Counted from the first letter of the stretch, positions 1 to 10,221 are shown. The stretch is 62,999 bases of DNA from an uncultured Bacillota bacterium (GCA_946541645.1 CAMNJS010000001.1:1-62999); one strand, 5' to 3'. Numbers and translations are program-made. The notes: generated by a model not told the origin, from the letters alone.

Positions 1-2
1 TA

Positions 3-899
3 ATTTTAATAATTTTAGAATATTTTACATACTACATAATCTCATTAAAACTCAAAAAACCGAATTTTATTATATTATTTTCAATCTTAAAAACTATATT
101 TATAATAACTTTAATGAAAAGTGTAAACTATCAAATAATAATTAGTGGAATAGTATTTCTTGTAATTTCTTTTTTTGCGACATACTTATTAGAAAAAACA
201 GAAGATATGTTAAAACTACATAAAAGTATTAAAGAAATAGAAAATGATAAACAAATAAAAACATCACTTTTCAAGGTTACACACGAAATTAAAAATCCGA
301 TAGCCGTATGTAAAGGATATTTAGATATGTATGATGAAAATAAAGAAGATATAAAAAGATATATTCCAATATTAAAAGAGGAAATAGATAGAACTTTAGT
401 TCTTTTGGAAGATTTCTTATCAATGAATAAACTAAAAATAAATAAAGATATATTAGATATTAATTTATTATTAGAAGAAGTAACAGATAATATGAATCTA
501 CTTTTTTTAAAAAATAAGATTCAATTAGATATAAAAATTGATGATGATGAAATATATATAAATGGTGATTACAATAGATTAACCCAAGTACTAATTAATT
601 TATTTAAAAATAGCATTGAAGCTTTAGAAAAAAAGAAAAATAAAAAAATTAGTCTATGGACTAAAACCGAAAAAAACAAAATAAAAATATTTATTAAAGA
701 CAATGGAGAAGGGATACCAAAAGACATAATGGAAAAAATAAAAGAACCATTTTATACAACTAAAGCAAAAGGAACAGGATTAGGCGTAGCTTTATCAGAC
801 GAAATAATAAAAGCTCATGATGGTAGTCTAAAGTATACTTCAAAATATAAAGATGGCACTTTAGTTACCGTAACTTTGCCAATAGAAAAAGCCATCTAA
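3..899 (+). CDS. Sensor histidine kinase (HisKA + HATPase_c), probably 5-prime truncated by the window edge
   Basis: H-box FKVTHEIKNPIAV, N-box LINLFKNSIEA, G1 DNGEGIP, G2 GTGLGVALS. The frame is open and hydrophobic from base 3 up to the first in-window ATG (114), so the gene may start upstream of the window. Confidence 0.8.
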   Translation: MLIILEYFTYYIISLKLKKPNFIILFSILKTIFIITLMKSVNYQIIISGIVFLVISFFATYLLEKTEDMLKLHKSIKEIENDKQIKTSLFKVTHEIKNPIAVCKGYLDMYDENKEDIKRYIPILKEEIDRTLVLLEDFLSMNKLKINKDILDINLLLEEVTDNMNLLFLKNKIQLDIKIDDDEIYINGDYNRLTQVLINLFKNSIEALEKKKNKKISLWTKTEKNKIKIFIKDNGEGIPKDIMEKIKEPFYTTKAKGTGLGVALSDEIIKAHDGSLKYTSKYKDGTLVTVTLPIEKAI

Positions 900-1819
900 T
901 GGCTTATTTCTGGATAATATTCGTTATTAAAATTATGCCCCTCTGAATCTAATTTTAACAAAGTATCGGTATCAATCAAGAAAAATTTATAAAGCAAAAG
1001 ATTTTGACCTGTACTAGTAACTGGATCATCCCATGTCAAATCTAAATGTAACCATTTATTATCAACATTTACTAAATTCCAAATGTGATTTGCATTAGCA
1101 ATTTTATAGTTAGAAACATTAAGTTTATCCAAATAAATTTTCATTGCGTCACTATATCCACTACATAAAGATATTCCATCTATTAAAGGGCCAATAGCTT
1201 TATGAGAATTAGAAATAGATAAGTCAGTTCCATTTTCTATAGCCGAAGCTCTATCTTTATCATAAACACTATTATTTATTAAATAATCATGAAAAGCTTT
1301 AATCTTTTGCGTAATATTCATGTCATCAGTTATATTTGCAGCCATAAATTCATCTATTTTATTTCCTATAAGATAAGCTTCATCATTAGAATAAAGCTTA
1401 TCGACACTAACGGTTATTTTTCCATAAGAATTAAACTTAAAATAAATTTTAGAATAACTATTATAAGGTGAAACCATATTGTTTATCGTTGATAATAATG
1501 ACTGATTTTGGGATAAAGCCTCAAAATCATTTAGACAATTATCATACGAAACATCGCAGTAAAAAGAAAATTCATCAGAACCATTATCTAATATAGTATA
1601 TATGGCATCAAGCATGCCCTGGTAACTTTTAACATGAAAGTCATCAGTTTTTTTTACAAACATAAAGCTAAAATCATCAGAATAAATATTAGAATTTGGT
1701 AAATTAATTTCCTCGTGCTGCATATAAGTTTTTACTACAGTTTCAACAATATCTTCCCTATAAATAAAAACTAAAATAAAAAATATTAAAAAAGCAAAAG
1801 TTTTAAATATCTTTTTCAT
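896..1819 (-). CDS. Transglutaminase-like (cysteine protease fold) domain protein with N-terminal membrane anchor
   Basis: Core motif CSGYSDAMKIY...HIWNLV...WLHLDLTWDDP (Cys-His-Asp transglutaminase core). ATG at 1819 follows AAGGGG; the track start at 1825 is a GTG. Confidence 0.7.
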   Translation of the reverse strand: MKKIFKTFAFLIFFILVFIYREDIVETVVKTYMQHEEINLPNSNIYSDDFSFMFVKKTDDFHVKSYQGMLDAIYTILDNGSDEFSFYCDVSYDNCLNDFEALSQNQSLLSTINNMVSPYNSYSKIYFKFNSYGKITVSVDKLYSNDEAYLIGNKIDEFMAANITDDMNITQKIKAFHDYLINNSVYDKDRASAIENGTDLSISNSHKAIGPLIDGISLCSGYSDAMKIYLDKLNVSNYKIANANHIWNLVNVDNKWLHLDLTWDDPVTSTGQNLLLYKFFLIDTDTLLKLDSEGHNFNNEYYPEISH

Positions 1820-1845
1820 AGACACCCCTTATTAAAAAAAGTAAA

Positions 1846-2109
1846 TTACTCCATCGCATTTACTTTCTTAGTTAATCTAGATTTTTTTCTTGCAGATGTA
1901 TTTTTGTTTAATACATTAGCGCCTGTAGCCTTATCAATTCTTTTAATGGCAATTTTTAAATTAGTTTCAGCTTCTTTTTTATCTTTTTTAGCAATTGCTC
2001 TTTCTACGTTTTTAACTGCAGTTTTTGTACTAGCTAAATAATTATTATTACGTTCTTGTTTCTTTTCATTAACTAAAACTCTTTTCTTTGCATTTTTTAA
2101 GTTGGCCAT
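1846..2109 (-). CDS. rpsT: 30S ribosomal protein S20
   Basis: MANLKNAKKRVLVNEKKQERN... is a typical S20 N-terminus. ATG at 2109 is preceded by GGAGGTGAAAT; the longer track ORF is an upstream extension. Confidence 0.93.
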   Translation of the reverse strand: MANLKNAKKRVLVNEKKQERNNNYLASTKTAVKNVERAIAKKDKKEAETNLKIAIKRIDKATGANVLNKNTSARKKSRLTKKVNAME

Positions 2110-2212
2110 AATTTCACCTCCAAAGCCCATTCGTATATACATTTTAGCAAATTTCCTATAAAAAATCAATAAAAAGTTGATTTTTTGTTAAAAATAAAAA
2201 AGAGGTGATAAT

Positions 2213-3211
2213 ATGAGTCATGAAATAGATTTAAAAAACAGTGGGGTAAGAACAGACCTTGCGATTGAACTTACAACCAACCATAGTCAAATAGAGGAAG
2301 ATGGCGTTAAAATTACTAGTATAATATTGGATGAAAGCGAAGCAAAAAAAATAAACAAAAAAGAAGGCACCTATATCACCATTGAATTTGCTGATATTAC
2401 AGATTATGAAAATAGAAACAAAGTTAAAACAATTTTTGCTAAAGAACTAAAAAAAATGTTAAAAAAATCAAACATAAAAGATACTGATTTATGCTTAATA
2501 ATAGGACTTGGAAATGAAAAATCAACACCAGATTCCCTGGGACCACTTACAATATCTAAAACCATAGTTACTAATCACTTATACTTATATGGAAACTTAG
2601 AAGAAGGCTTTAGAAGAGTATGTGCTATTTCCCCAGGGGTTATGGGTGAAACAGGAATTGAAACAAGCGACTTAATAAAAGAAATAACAAACTCTATAAA
2701 ACCAGATTTTATTATTGTAGTTGATGCTCTAGCAAGCTCATCAGTAGAAAGAGTGAATAAAACAATTCAAATAACCGATAGTGGGATAAATCCAGGTAGT
2801 GGAATCGGAAATAAAAGAAAAGAAATTAGTAAAGATATATTAAAAATCCCAGTAATTGCCATAGGCGTTCCAACCGTGGTTGATGCTGCATCAATAGTAA
2901 ATGATACTATTAAATACATGTATTATAATTTTGCCTATCAAAAAGAAAACTATAACAATCCCAAAAACAAATTGTCTTTTAACGTTAACTATTTAAAATA
3001 TAGTTTCAAAATAAAAAAAGAAGATAAACAAAAACTATTAGGAATAGTAGGTTCATTAACCGAAGAAGAAACCAAATCACTCATATATGAAATATTAAAC
3101 CCTATAGGATATAATTTAATGGTAACCCCAAAAGAAGAAGACTTTATTATTGAAAAACTTTCAGAATTAATTAGTGGCGGAATTAATAACGCCCTTCATG
3201 AAAATGTATAA
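2213..3211 (+). CDS. gpr: Germination protease (GPR endopeptidase)
   Basis: N-terminal TDLAIE motif, 332 aa, sits in rpsT-gpr-spoIIP order as in Bacillus. RBS AAGAGGTGA. Confidence 0.88.
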   Translation: MSHEIDLKNSGVRTDLAIELTTNHSQIEEDGVKITSIILDESEAKKINKKEGTYITIEFADITDYENRNKVKTIFAKELKKMLKKSNIKDTDLCLIIGLGNEKSTPDSLGPLTISKTIVTNHLYLYGNLEEGFRRVCAISPGVMGETGIETSDLIKEITNSIKPDFIIVVDALASSSVERVNKTIQITDSGINPGSGIGNKRKEISKDILKIPVIAIGVPTVVDAASIVNDTIKYMYYNFAYQKENYNNPKNKLSFNVNYLKYSFKIKKEDKQKLLGIVGSLTEEETKSLIYEILNPIGYNLMVTPKEEDFIIEKLSELISGGINNALHENV

Positions 3212-3299
3212 AAAATTTTAAAGCTAAATTATTATTTTAAAAAAATAAAAAGGAAATCATGCTTTCTCCAGTATATATAATATAGAGGAAGATACTTAG

Positions 3300-3748
3300 T
3301 ATGAAATATTACTCTAAGAATAAAAAGCGGCAAGGAAGTAGAAAAATATGATAAAAAAAGATATGAGAACAGCCAAATTAAAAAAGAAAAATAATCCTTC
3401 TAAATTTTGATTATGAGTTTTCAGGAATATTTAATGATAGTAACAACCTAATAATAGTAGAAAACTTTATTGCCATATATTTAAATGTAAACATTGAAAA
3501 AATAAGAGAACACTTAACCATAAAATCAAGATATTAATAAAAAGAATAAAAACAAACAAGAAGATCTATTATTATAATTAGATGGAGAAAAGATAAATAT
3601 AGAACTATCAAATAAAAATTCAGAAGTGATAAAAGAAAGAAATGTAGTATATGTATCAGAAATACACGGGATGTTAAAAGAAAATATTGATATAGAACTA
3701 ATTTCCAAAACTACAGGGCTTTCAAAGAAAAAAAGTGAACTATTGTGA
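3300..3748 (+). pseudogene. Decayed fragment of an Rpn-family (PD-(D/E)XK nuclease / transposase-like) gene
   Basis: The stop-riddled region ends in the frame ...DGEKINIELSNKNSEVIKERNVVYVSEIHGMLKENIDIELISKTTGLSKKKSELL*. This resembles the conserved C-terminal tail of Rpn/YhgA-like proteins (IA..MLK.....e.I...TGLS.eEi..L). No ATG-started ORF exists, and a terminator follows directly. Confidence 0.4.
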
Positions 3749-3767
3749 AAAAACACAATAGTTTTTA
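3739..3767 (+). terminator. Rho-independent terminator
   Basis: ACTATTGTG-aaaaaa-CACAATAGT followed by TTTTT. Confidence 0.7.
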
Positions 3768-3833
3768 TTATAAAAATATATTTTTCTACATTTAATTTAA
3801 ATACAAAAAAATATAATGTATTTGGTGATTATT

Positions 3834-4790
3834 ATGAAAAAAATAAAAATTAAAAAAAGAAGATTCAAATATCGTATACTAGGCTATGCATTTATTGCCT
3901 TTTTAGGTTATCAAATATCATTTAATATAATAATGAATTTTAAATTAGCAAATGACAATGAATCGTTTGTAAAAGCCTTATTAATAGATTCTAATTATCA
4001 TATGTTATATGAAAAAAAATCCAGCAATTTACTTACAAAAGCATTTTCAAAGATAATAAACGTAAATGAACCGGTTACAATACTAGATAATTTATTTCAC
4101 TTAAAAGAAAACAAAGTGAATCCAAGCATGGCATATGTAAGTAACCCAAATAAAGAGATAAATAATGTTGATAAAAATCCTGAGGTATATTTATATAATA
4201 CCCACCAAGGAGAAGCGTACGAAGGAAAAGCCTTAGAAGGCTATAATATAACGCCAGGGGTTATGATGGCATCATATATATTTCAAAAAAAGTTTTCTGA
4301 AATAAATATAAAGGCCTTAGTCATGGAAGACAATATTTCAGATTATCTAAACTTAAATAACATGAAATATAGTAAAAGCTATAATGCAAGTAGAGTTTTT
4401 CTAAAAGAAGCTTTAAATAAAAATCAAAATCTAAAATTAATTATAGATATCCATAGAGATTCAATTGAAAAAAATAATTCAACAGTCATAATTAACAATA
4501 AACCGTGTGCAAAAATATTATTTGTAGTTGGTGAAGAATATGAAACATATGAAGAAAATTTAAGAATGACAAACTATATAAACGAAAAAATAAAAGAAAA
4601 ATATCCACAAATAACAAGAGGTGTAATAACCAAAGGTGGCAAAGGAAGTAACGGCATATATAATCAAGATCTAAATAATAAAATAACACTAATGGAAATA
4701 GGCGGACATCAAAACACTATAGATGAAGTTTTAAATACAATAGACCTTATTACCCCGATAATAGGAGAGTATATAAATGAAGCACGCTAA
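3834..4790 (+). CDS. spoIIP: Stage II sporulation protein P (SpoIIP amidase/peptidase)
   Basis: N-terminal TM segment, YLYNTHQGEAY and IIDIHRDS motifs typical of SpoIIP. Located downstream of gpr. ATG at 3834 follows GGTGA. Confidence 0.85.
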   Translation: MKKIKIKKRRFKYRILGYAFIAFLGYQISFNIIMNFKLANDNESFVKALLIDSNYHMLYEKKSSNLLTKAFSKIINVNEPVTILDNLFHLKENKVNPSMAYVSNPNKEINNVDKNPEVYLYNTHQGEAYEGKALEGYNITPGVMMASYIFQKKFSEINIKALVMEDNISDYLNLNNMKYSKSYNASRVFLKEALNKNQNLKLIIDIHRDSIEKNNSTVIINNKPCAKILFVVGEEYETYEENLRMTNYINEKIKEKYPQITRGVITKGGKGSNGIYNQDLNNKITLMEIGGHQNTIDEVLNTIDLITPIIGEYINEAR

Positions 4791-5109
4791 AGAAAACAAA
4801 ATTTTTAAATACTTAATACTAACAAGCTTCATCACTTTTTTTGCTCTATACATGTCACAAAGCACGGGATACTATGAGTATAAAAATAGTAAAAAAGTTG
4901 CGTTAACTAACGAACAGATAAAACAGTTTGAAAAAGATGTAAATAATGGTAAAAATATTGATATTACGAAATATATAGAAATTAATAATAAAGATTATCA
5001 AAACAATTTATCAAAAATGGGGTTGACAATTTCTAGCAACCTGGAAAAAGTCGTAAGAAAATTTATAAGTGAAAGTTTCAAAGTTTTAGCAAAATTAGTG
5101 GGCGAATAA
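4777..5109 (+). CDS. Small membrane protein in the yqxA position (DUF3679-like)
   Basis: 110 aa with a single TM helix, overlapping the spoIIP stop. Same position and size as B. subtilis yqxA. Family assignment rests on synteny and architecture only. Confidence 0.45.
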   Translation: MKHAKENKIFKYLILTSFITFFALYMSQSTGYYEYKNSKKVALTNEQIKQFEKDVNNGKNIDITKYIEINNKDYQNNLSKMGLTISSNLEKVVRKFISESFKVLAKLVGE

Positions 5110-5143
5110 TATAAAATGTGGTATTATATCTTTAGGTGATTTG

Positions 5144-6052
5144 ATGAAGTTAATAATAGGAAGCCATGTTTCTTACACGAAAGATGAAGGATTACTCGGA
5201 AGCGTTAAAGAAGCACTAAGCTACGGTGAAAATACATTCATGTTTTATACAGGTGCCCCACAAAACACTTTTAGATCTCCAATTAATAAAGAAAAAACTG
5301 AAGAAGCAAAAAAAATAATGAAAAAAGAAAATATAGATATTAAAGACGTTATTATACACGCTCCATACATAATTAATTTAGCGACAGCAAATGAAGAAAA
5401 ATTTAATTTTGCAGTGAACTTTTTAAAACAAGAGGTTAAAAGGGCCGAACAGTTAAGCATAAACAAAATAGTTCTTCACCCTGGAAGCCACGTAGGAATA
5501 GGTGAGGAAAAAGGATTAGAAAATATAATAAAAGGATTAAATCTAGTCTTAACTGAAAAAGAAGGACCAATTATTTGTCTTGAAACAATGGCTGGGAAAG
5601 GAACAGAGCTTGGAACCACTTTCAAGCAGCTAAACAGTATTATTAAAAATGTTAAGAATAATAATAGAGTGATGGTCTGTCTCGATACATGTCATTTAAA
5701 TGATGCTGGATATGATGTCAAAAAATTTGATAATCTATTAGAAGAATTTGATAAAATAGTTGGACTAGATAAAATCGCCTGCATTCACATAAACGATAGT
5801 AAAAACGAAATTGCCGCGCATAAAGATAGACACGAAAATATTGGAATAGGAACAATAGGCTTTGATAATCTAATAAAAATTATTTATCATGAAAAATTAA
5901 AAGAAATTCCTAAAATATTAGAAACTCCATATATAAGCATAGATGGTGGCAAAGACAGAACTTATCCACCATATAAATTTGAAATCGAAATGATTAAAGA
6001 CAAAAAATATAATGAACACCTTTTAGAAGAAATAAGAAATTACTACAAATAA
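5144..6052 (+). CDS. nfo: Deoxyribonuclease IV (endonuclease IV)
   Basis: Xylose-isomerase-like TIM barrel AP endonuclease motifs: IHAPYIINL, VLHPGSH, LETMAGKG, CLDTCH, HINDSK. ATG at 5144 follows AGGTGA. Confidence 0.9.
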   Translation: MKLIIGSHVSYTKDEGLLGSVKEALSYGENTFMFYTGAPQNTFRSPINKEKTEEAKKIMKKENIDIKDVIIHAPYIINLATANEEKFNFAVNFLKQEVKRAEQLSINKIVLHPGSHVGIGEEKGLENIIKGLNLVLTEKEGPIICLETMAGKGTELGTTFKQLNSIIKNVKNNNRVMVCLDTCHLNDAGYDVKKFDNLLEEFDKIVGLDKIACIHINDSKNEIAAHKDRHENIGIGTIGFDNLIKIIYHEKLKEIPKILETPYISIDGGKDRTYPPYKFEIEMIKDKKYNEHLLEEIRNYYK

Positions 6053-6303
6053 TCTTTATATCTTTCCTTATATATAAAAAATAAATTAATAATTTTCTCG
6101 CCTTTAGCTTTACCAAATTTATTTTCTATTTTACGAATAATTGGGTGGGAATCTCCATAAAGCAATTCCTCCCAATTATTTTTTAAATAAAAGTGTAAAA
6201 GTTCTCCCTCATCTTTACTTAAAATAATATCATTTTCCAAGCCAAAATTTAAAATATCTTGAACAGATATCTTGTCAATGTAATTTTTAATAAAAAAACG
6301 CAT
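6043..6303 (-). CDS. DUF2624 (YqfT-like) small protein
   Basis: 86 aa, convergent with and overlapping nfo, as for B. subtilis yqfS(nfo)/yqfT. RBS GGAGGGG. Confidence 0.5.
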   Translation of the reverse strand: MRFFIKNYIDKISVQDILNFGLENDIILSKDEGELLHFYLKNNWEELLYGDSHPIIRKIENKFGKAKGEKIINLFFIYKERYKDYL

Positions 6304-6355
6304 AACCCCTCCTTATAAAATTGTATGAATAAAAGAAAGCCGAGGTGATAAAAGC

Positions 6356-8494
6356 ATGATAAAAATTTTAAAAAAAAGAAGCATATATACTCCAAAAAAG
6401 AAAAAGAAAAGAAAAATTCAAAAAAGAAAAGCATCCTTAAAAATAAACACAAAAAGCAAAAAACAAGGATATAACTTTAGCATATATAAACAATCTAAAG
6501 ACATAAAACTAGAAATAGAAAAACGTTACAACATTCTTACTTTTATCATTATACTAGCTTTATTAGTATTAACAATTTTTTTATTCTTTATTCAAATAAT
6601 TAAAAGTGAAAGCTACACTAAACAGTTAAAAACCTTAACCAAAAAAATAGTGTATGGGCAGTCTGCTCCACGAGGTAGAATTTATGATCGAAATGGCAAA
6701 TTAATAGTCGATAACACACCAGTTAAAGTAATATATTATAAAAAGCCATCAGAAATAACCACTAAAGAAGAAATGAAAATAGCCTATAAACTTGCAGACA
6801 TGATCGACGTAGATGTTAAAATAAACGACTACGATTTAAAAGTATTTTGGATAAAAAATAATAAAGAAAAAGCTAATAGTAAAATAACTAAAAAAGAATG
6901 GAAAAAATTAGAAGAAAGAAAACTGACAAACGACGAAATATATAAATTAAAAATCGAAAGAGTAAGCAGTGAAGATTTAAAAATATATAATGAGCATGAT
7001 AAAAAGGCCGCATACATATATACCCTTATGAATACTGGGTACTCATATGCCGAAAAAATAATAAAGAGTAAAGATGTAACCGATGAAGAGTATGCCTTAG
7101 TATCAGAAAATTTAAGCGATTTAAAAGGCATCAATACAAAACTAGATTGGGATAGAACATATCCATATGGAAATACATTTAAAAGCTTACTTGGAAAGGT
7201 ATCTACCAGCAAAAGTGGAATACCCCTTGAATTAAAAGACTATTATTTAGATAAGGGATACAGTCTAGATGACAGAGTTGGAATTAGCTATCTAGAATAT
7301 CAATATGAAGATATTTTAAAAGGTAAAAAAAACAAATATGAAGTTGAAAATAACGGCGCATATAAACTTATTGAAGAAGGAAAACGCGGCACCGATATAA
7401 CAATTTCAATTGATATTGAGCTTCAAAAAGAACTTGAACAAATATTAGAAGAGGAAGTTTTAAATGCTAAAAAAGAAGCTAATACTCAGTACTATAACAG
7501 ATCATTTGTAATCATCACAAACCCTAAAACCGGCGAAATATTAGCCATGGCCGGCAAACAAGTAAAAGAAGAAAACGGAAACCTAGTTGTCGTTGATTAC
7601 GCACCGGGATTGCTTACTTCATCAGTTGTTGCTGGATCAGTAGTAAAGGGAGCTTCGCAAACAGTAGGCTATAACACAGGAGCCTTAAAAATAGGTGAAG
7701 TAAGATACGATAGCTGCGTAAAAATAGCTGCAACGCCAGAAAAATGTTCATGGAAGCCACTAGGAAAACTAAACGATATAACTGCTATCGCATATTCTTC
7801 AAACACATATCAGTACTATACTGCTATTAAAGTCGGAAAAGGAACATATAAATACAATAAACCACTAGTAATTGACAAAGAAGCTTTTAATACATACCGA
7901 AATACATTTCAAGAATTTGGCCTAGGAGTAAAGACCGAAATAGATTTGCCTAATGAAATTACAGGCTATAAAGGAACTAATACAGCACCAGGACATCTAT
8001 TAGATTTCGCAATAGGACAGTATGATAATTATACACCACTACAACTATCTCAGTACATTGGCACAATTGCGAGCGGTGGAAAAAGAATGAAACTCCACTT
8101 ATTTAAAAACATATATGGAGAAAAAGAAGATAAAAATGAAAAAGAACTAAACACAGTAAATACTAGTGCAGAATATATGGCTAGGATAAAAGAAGGGTTT
8201 AAAGCCGTAACTAGCTATGGAACCGGAGTGGGTTATATAGATCAAGTATTTAATGCCGCTGGTAAAACCGGAACAAGTCAAAGCTTTGTCGACACCAATA
8301 ACGATGGAAAAGTTGACACAGAAACCATCAGTACCACCTTTGCAGCTTACGCTCCAGCCGACGATCCAATAGTTACATTCACAATTATTTCGCCAGATAT
8401 ATCACATAATAATGGCACCCTGCACTATCAATCACAGATAAATAAAAGATTAGCTGATAGAGTTTCTAAAAAATACTTTGAAATTTTCAAGTAA
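6356..8494 (+). CDS. Class B penicillin-binding protein (PBP2-type transpeptidase)
   Basis: Dimerisation domain plus transpeptidase motifs SVVK (SxxK), SSN and KTGT. Long polybasic cytoplasmic tail followed by one TM helix. Confidence 0.88.
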   Translation: MIKILKKRSIYTPKKKKKRKIQKRKASLKINTKSKKQGYNFSIYKQSKDIKLEIEKRYNILTFIIILALLVLTIFLFFIQIIKSESYTKQLKTLTKKIVYGQSAPRGRIYDRNGKLIVDNTPVKVIYYKKPSEITTKEEMKIAYKLADMIDVDVKINDYDLKVFWIKNNKEKANSKITKKEWKKLEERKLTNDEIYKLKIERVSSEDLKIYNEHDKKAAYIYTLMNTGYSYAEKIIKSKDVTDEEYALVSENLSDLKGINTKLDWDRTYPYGNTFKSLLGKVSTSKSGIPLELKDYYLDKGYSLDDRVGISYLEYQYEDILKGKKNKYEVENNGAYKLIEEGKRGTDITISIDIELQKELEQILEEEVLNAKKEANTQYYNRSFVIITNPKTGEILAMAGKQVKEENGNLVVVDYAPGLLTSSVVAGSVVKGASQTVGYNTGALKIGEVRYDSCVKIAATPEKCSWKPLGKLNDITAIAYSSNTYQYYTAIKVGKGTYKYNKPLVIDKEAFNTYRNTFQEFGLGVKTEIDLPNEITGYKGTNTAPGHLLDFAIGQYDNYTPLQLSQYIGTIASGGKRMKLHLFKNIYGEKEDKNEKELNTVNTSAEYMARIKEGFKAVTSYGTGVGYIDQVFNAAGKTGTSQSFVDTNNDGKVDTETISTTFAAYAPADDPIVTFTIISPDISHNNGTLHYQSQINKRLADRVSKKYFEIFK

Positions 8495-8536
8495 TTTGGT
8501 ATAATATAGCTAGAAATGTGAAAAGGAGGGATATTC

Positions 8537-8704
8537 ATGGCTAAAAAAGGAGAAGCTAGAGAAAATATTACTTTAGTTTGTTCTGTGTGTAAAAACGAAA
8601 ATTACCGTGTAGAAAAAAACAAAAGGAACACACCAGAACGTTTAAAATTGAATAAATATTGCCCTACATGTATGAAACATACAGAGCACAATGAAAAAAA
8701 ATAG
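8537..8704 (+). CDS. rpmG: 50S ribosomal protein L33 (zinc-ribbon C+ form)
   Basis: Absent from the ORF track (55 aa). My translation: MAKKGEARENITLVCSVCKNENYRVEKNKRNTPERLKLNKYCPTCMKHTEHNEKK*. RBS AAAGGAGGG, upstream TGgTATAAT. Confidence 0.9.
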   Translation: MAKKGEARENITLVCSVCKNENYRVEKNKRNTPERLKLNKYCPTCMKHTEHNEKK

Positions 8705-8724
8705 TTCGTAGAGAGGTATAAAGT

Positions 8725-9282
8725 ATGATAAATATTAATGATATTAAAAATGGCATGACTGTCATAATTGATGGGAATATCTATTTAATTTTAGAATTCC
8801 AACACGTTAAGCCTGGGAAAGGCCCTGCTTTTGTTAGAATAAAATTAAAAAACCTACGTACAGGTTCAACTATTGAGCAAACATTCAATACAAATATAAA
8901 ATTTGAAAAAGCTATCATTGAAAAAAAACCAATGCAATTCTTATATGGCAGCGGAGATACTTATAATTTCATGAATATGGAAACTTATGAACAAATAGAT
9001 TTAACTAATGAACAGCTTGGGGAAGATGCAAAATTTTTAAAAGAAGGCTTAAATCTAGAAGTTACTTTCTATAAAGGAGAAGTTTTAGGCATAACATTAC
9101 CTGAAAAAATCGAATATGAAATATCTCATACTGAACCAGCAGTTAAAGGAAACACTGCAACAAATGCGACAAAAGAGGCAACCCTTGAAAATGGTTTAAC
9201 GATTAAAGTACCATTATTCATAAATGAAAATGATAAGGTAATTGTTTCAACTAAAGACGGGAAATATGATTCTAGAGCCTAA
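8725..9282 (+). CDS. efp: Elongation factor P
   Basis: 185 aa with FQHVKPGKGPAFVRIKLKNLRTG, the hallmark EF-P loop. Confidence 0.95.
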   Translation: MININDIKNGMTVIIDGNIYLILEFQHVKPGKGPAFVRIKLKNLRTGSTIEQTFNTNIKFEKAIIEKKPMQFLYGSGDTYNFMNMETYEQIDLTNEQLGEDAKFLKEGLNLEVTFYKGEVLGITLPEKIEYEISHTEPAVKGNTATNATKEATLENGLTIKVPLFINENDKVIVSTKDGKYDSRA

Positions 9283-9306
9283 TAAAAGAATAAAGAGGTG
9301 GAAAAA

Positions 9307-10221
9307 ATGTTAGAAAAAGAAAGATTTTTAGCAATAAAAAAATTGGCTAGGAACATTAGAGAAGAAAATAAAGATTTATTTAAAAAGCTTGAAAAAAAGT
9401 CCGTTGACACCGCAGTAAAAGAAAAGGAAAAATTCATTGATTCTATAATGCGTGAAATGTCTGTAGCTTTTAGTGATGGTGAACAAGGAAGAGAAGAAAA
9501 ACAAATTTTTAGAGCTAATATTTTAATGCCCGATGATGAAGAATTTTATAATAGTTACTCAAAAGATAAAAATATTAGAAGTCTAATGAAAAAATATGCG
9601 GTAAATATTGAGGATATTATGAGTAAAATAACAGAATTAAACATTTATGGAAAATATTTGGATGAAAAAGATGACGACTTTGTCGATGAGATGGAAAAAA
9701 TATCAAAAGAAGAAGCTGAAGACCTACTAGACGAAATAGATGATTTATCAAACACCTTAACTAACTTAGATATAACGCAAGATAAAGAATCTAAGCCAAA
9801 AAAAGAAGCTAGATTTATAAAACCAGATATTGAAGAAGTTGTCCCTGAAATAGAAAAAGAAGAAATAGCTGATGATGATTTTCTAGATGAATCATTTGAA
9901 AATATTAATAACGCCATATCCGGTTTTGTTGATGACTACAACAGTTTAAAAGACGAAATAAAAACAAAAAATTCTGAAATAAACTCATTACAAATAAAAA
10001 TTGAAAAACTATCTACTGAAAATGATAGACTTACCGCTTCACATGAAGATCTTAAATCACTTAATGATAGATTAAAAGCTAATTATGAAAGTTTAAAAGC
10101 AAATAATGATCATTTAAAAGATGAAAACGAAGAAATGAGCAAAAGAATGAGCATCCTAGAAGATAAACTTTATAAAAGTGCAACTCTTCTTAAAAAATTA
10201 TATAAAGGAATAAAAGGATAA
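9307..10221 (+). CDS. Acidic coiled-coil protein, unknown function
   Basis: ATG at 9307 lies 6 nt after AAGAGGTG (the track start at 9298 is a GTG). D/E-rich centre and a heptad-like C-terminus: LKSLNDRLKANYESLKANNDHLKDENEE. Confidence 0.55.
   Translation: MLEKERFLAIKKLARNIREENKDLFKKLEKKSVDTAVKEKEKFIDSIMREMSVAFSDGEQGREEKQIFRANILMPDDEEFYNSYSKDKNIRSLMKKYAVNIEDIMSKITELNIYGKYLDEKDDDFVDEMEKISKEEAEDLLDEIDDLSNTLTNLDITQDKESKPKKEARFIKPDIEEVVPEIEKEEIADDDFLDESFENINNAISGFVDDYNSLKDEIKTKNSEINSLQIKIEKLSTENDRLTASHEDLKSLNDRLKANYESLKANNDHLKDENEEMSKRMSILEDKLYKSATLLKKLYKGIKG

Noticed and set aside
896-899. Four-base overlap of the convergent stop codons of the kinase and the transglutaminase-like gene
   Set aside because: This is a trivial consequence of compact gene packing (CTAA read on both strands), with no associated structure.
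3526-3756. 76-aa minus-strand ORF in the gpr-spoIIP gap
   Set aside because: It has F/S-rich low-complexity composition and no RBS. It lies antisense to the better-supported Rpn-like relic frame that ends at a terminator.
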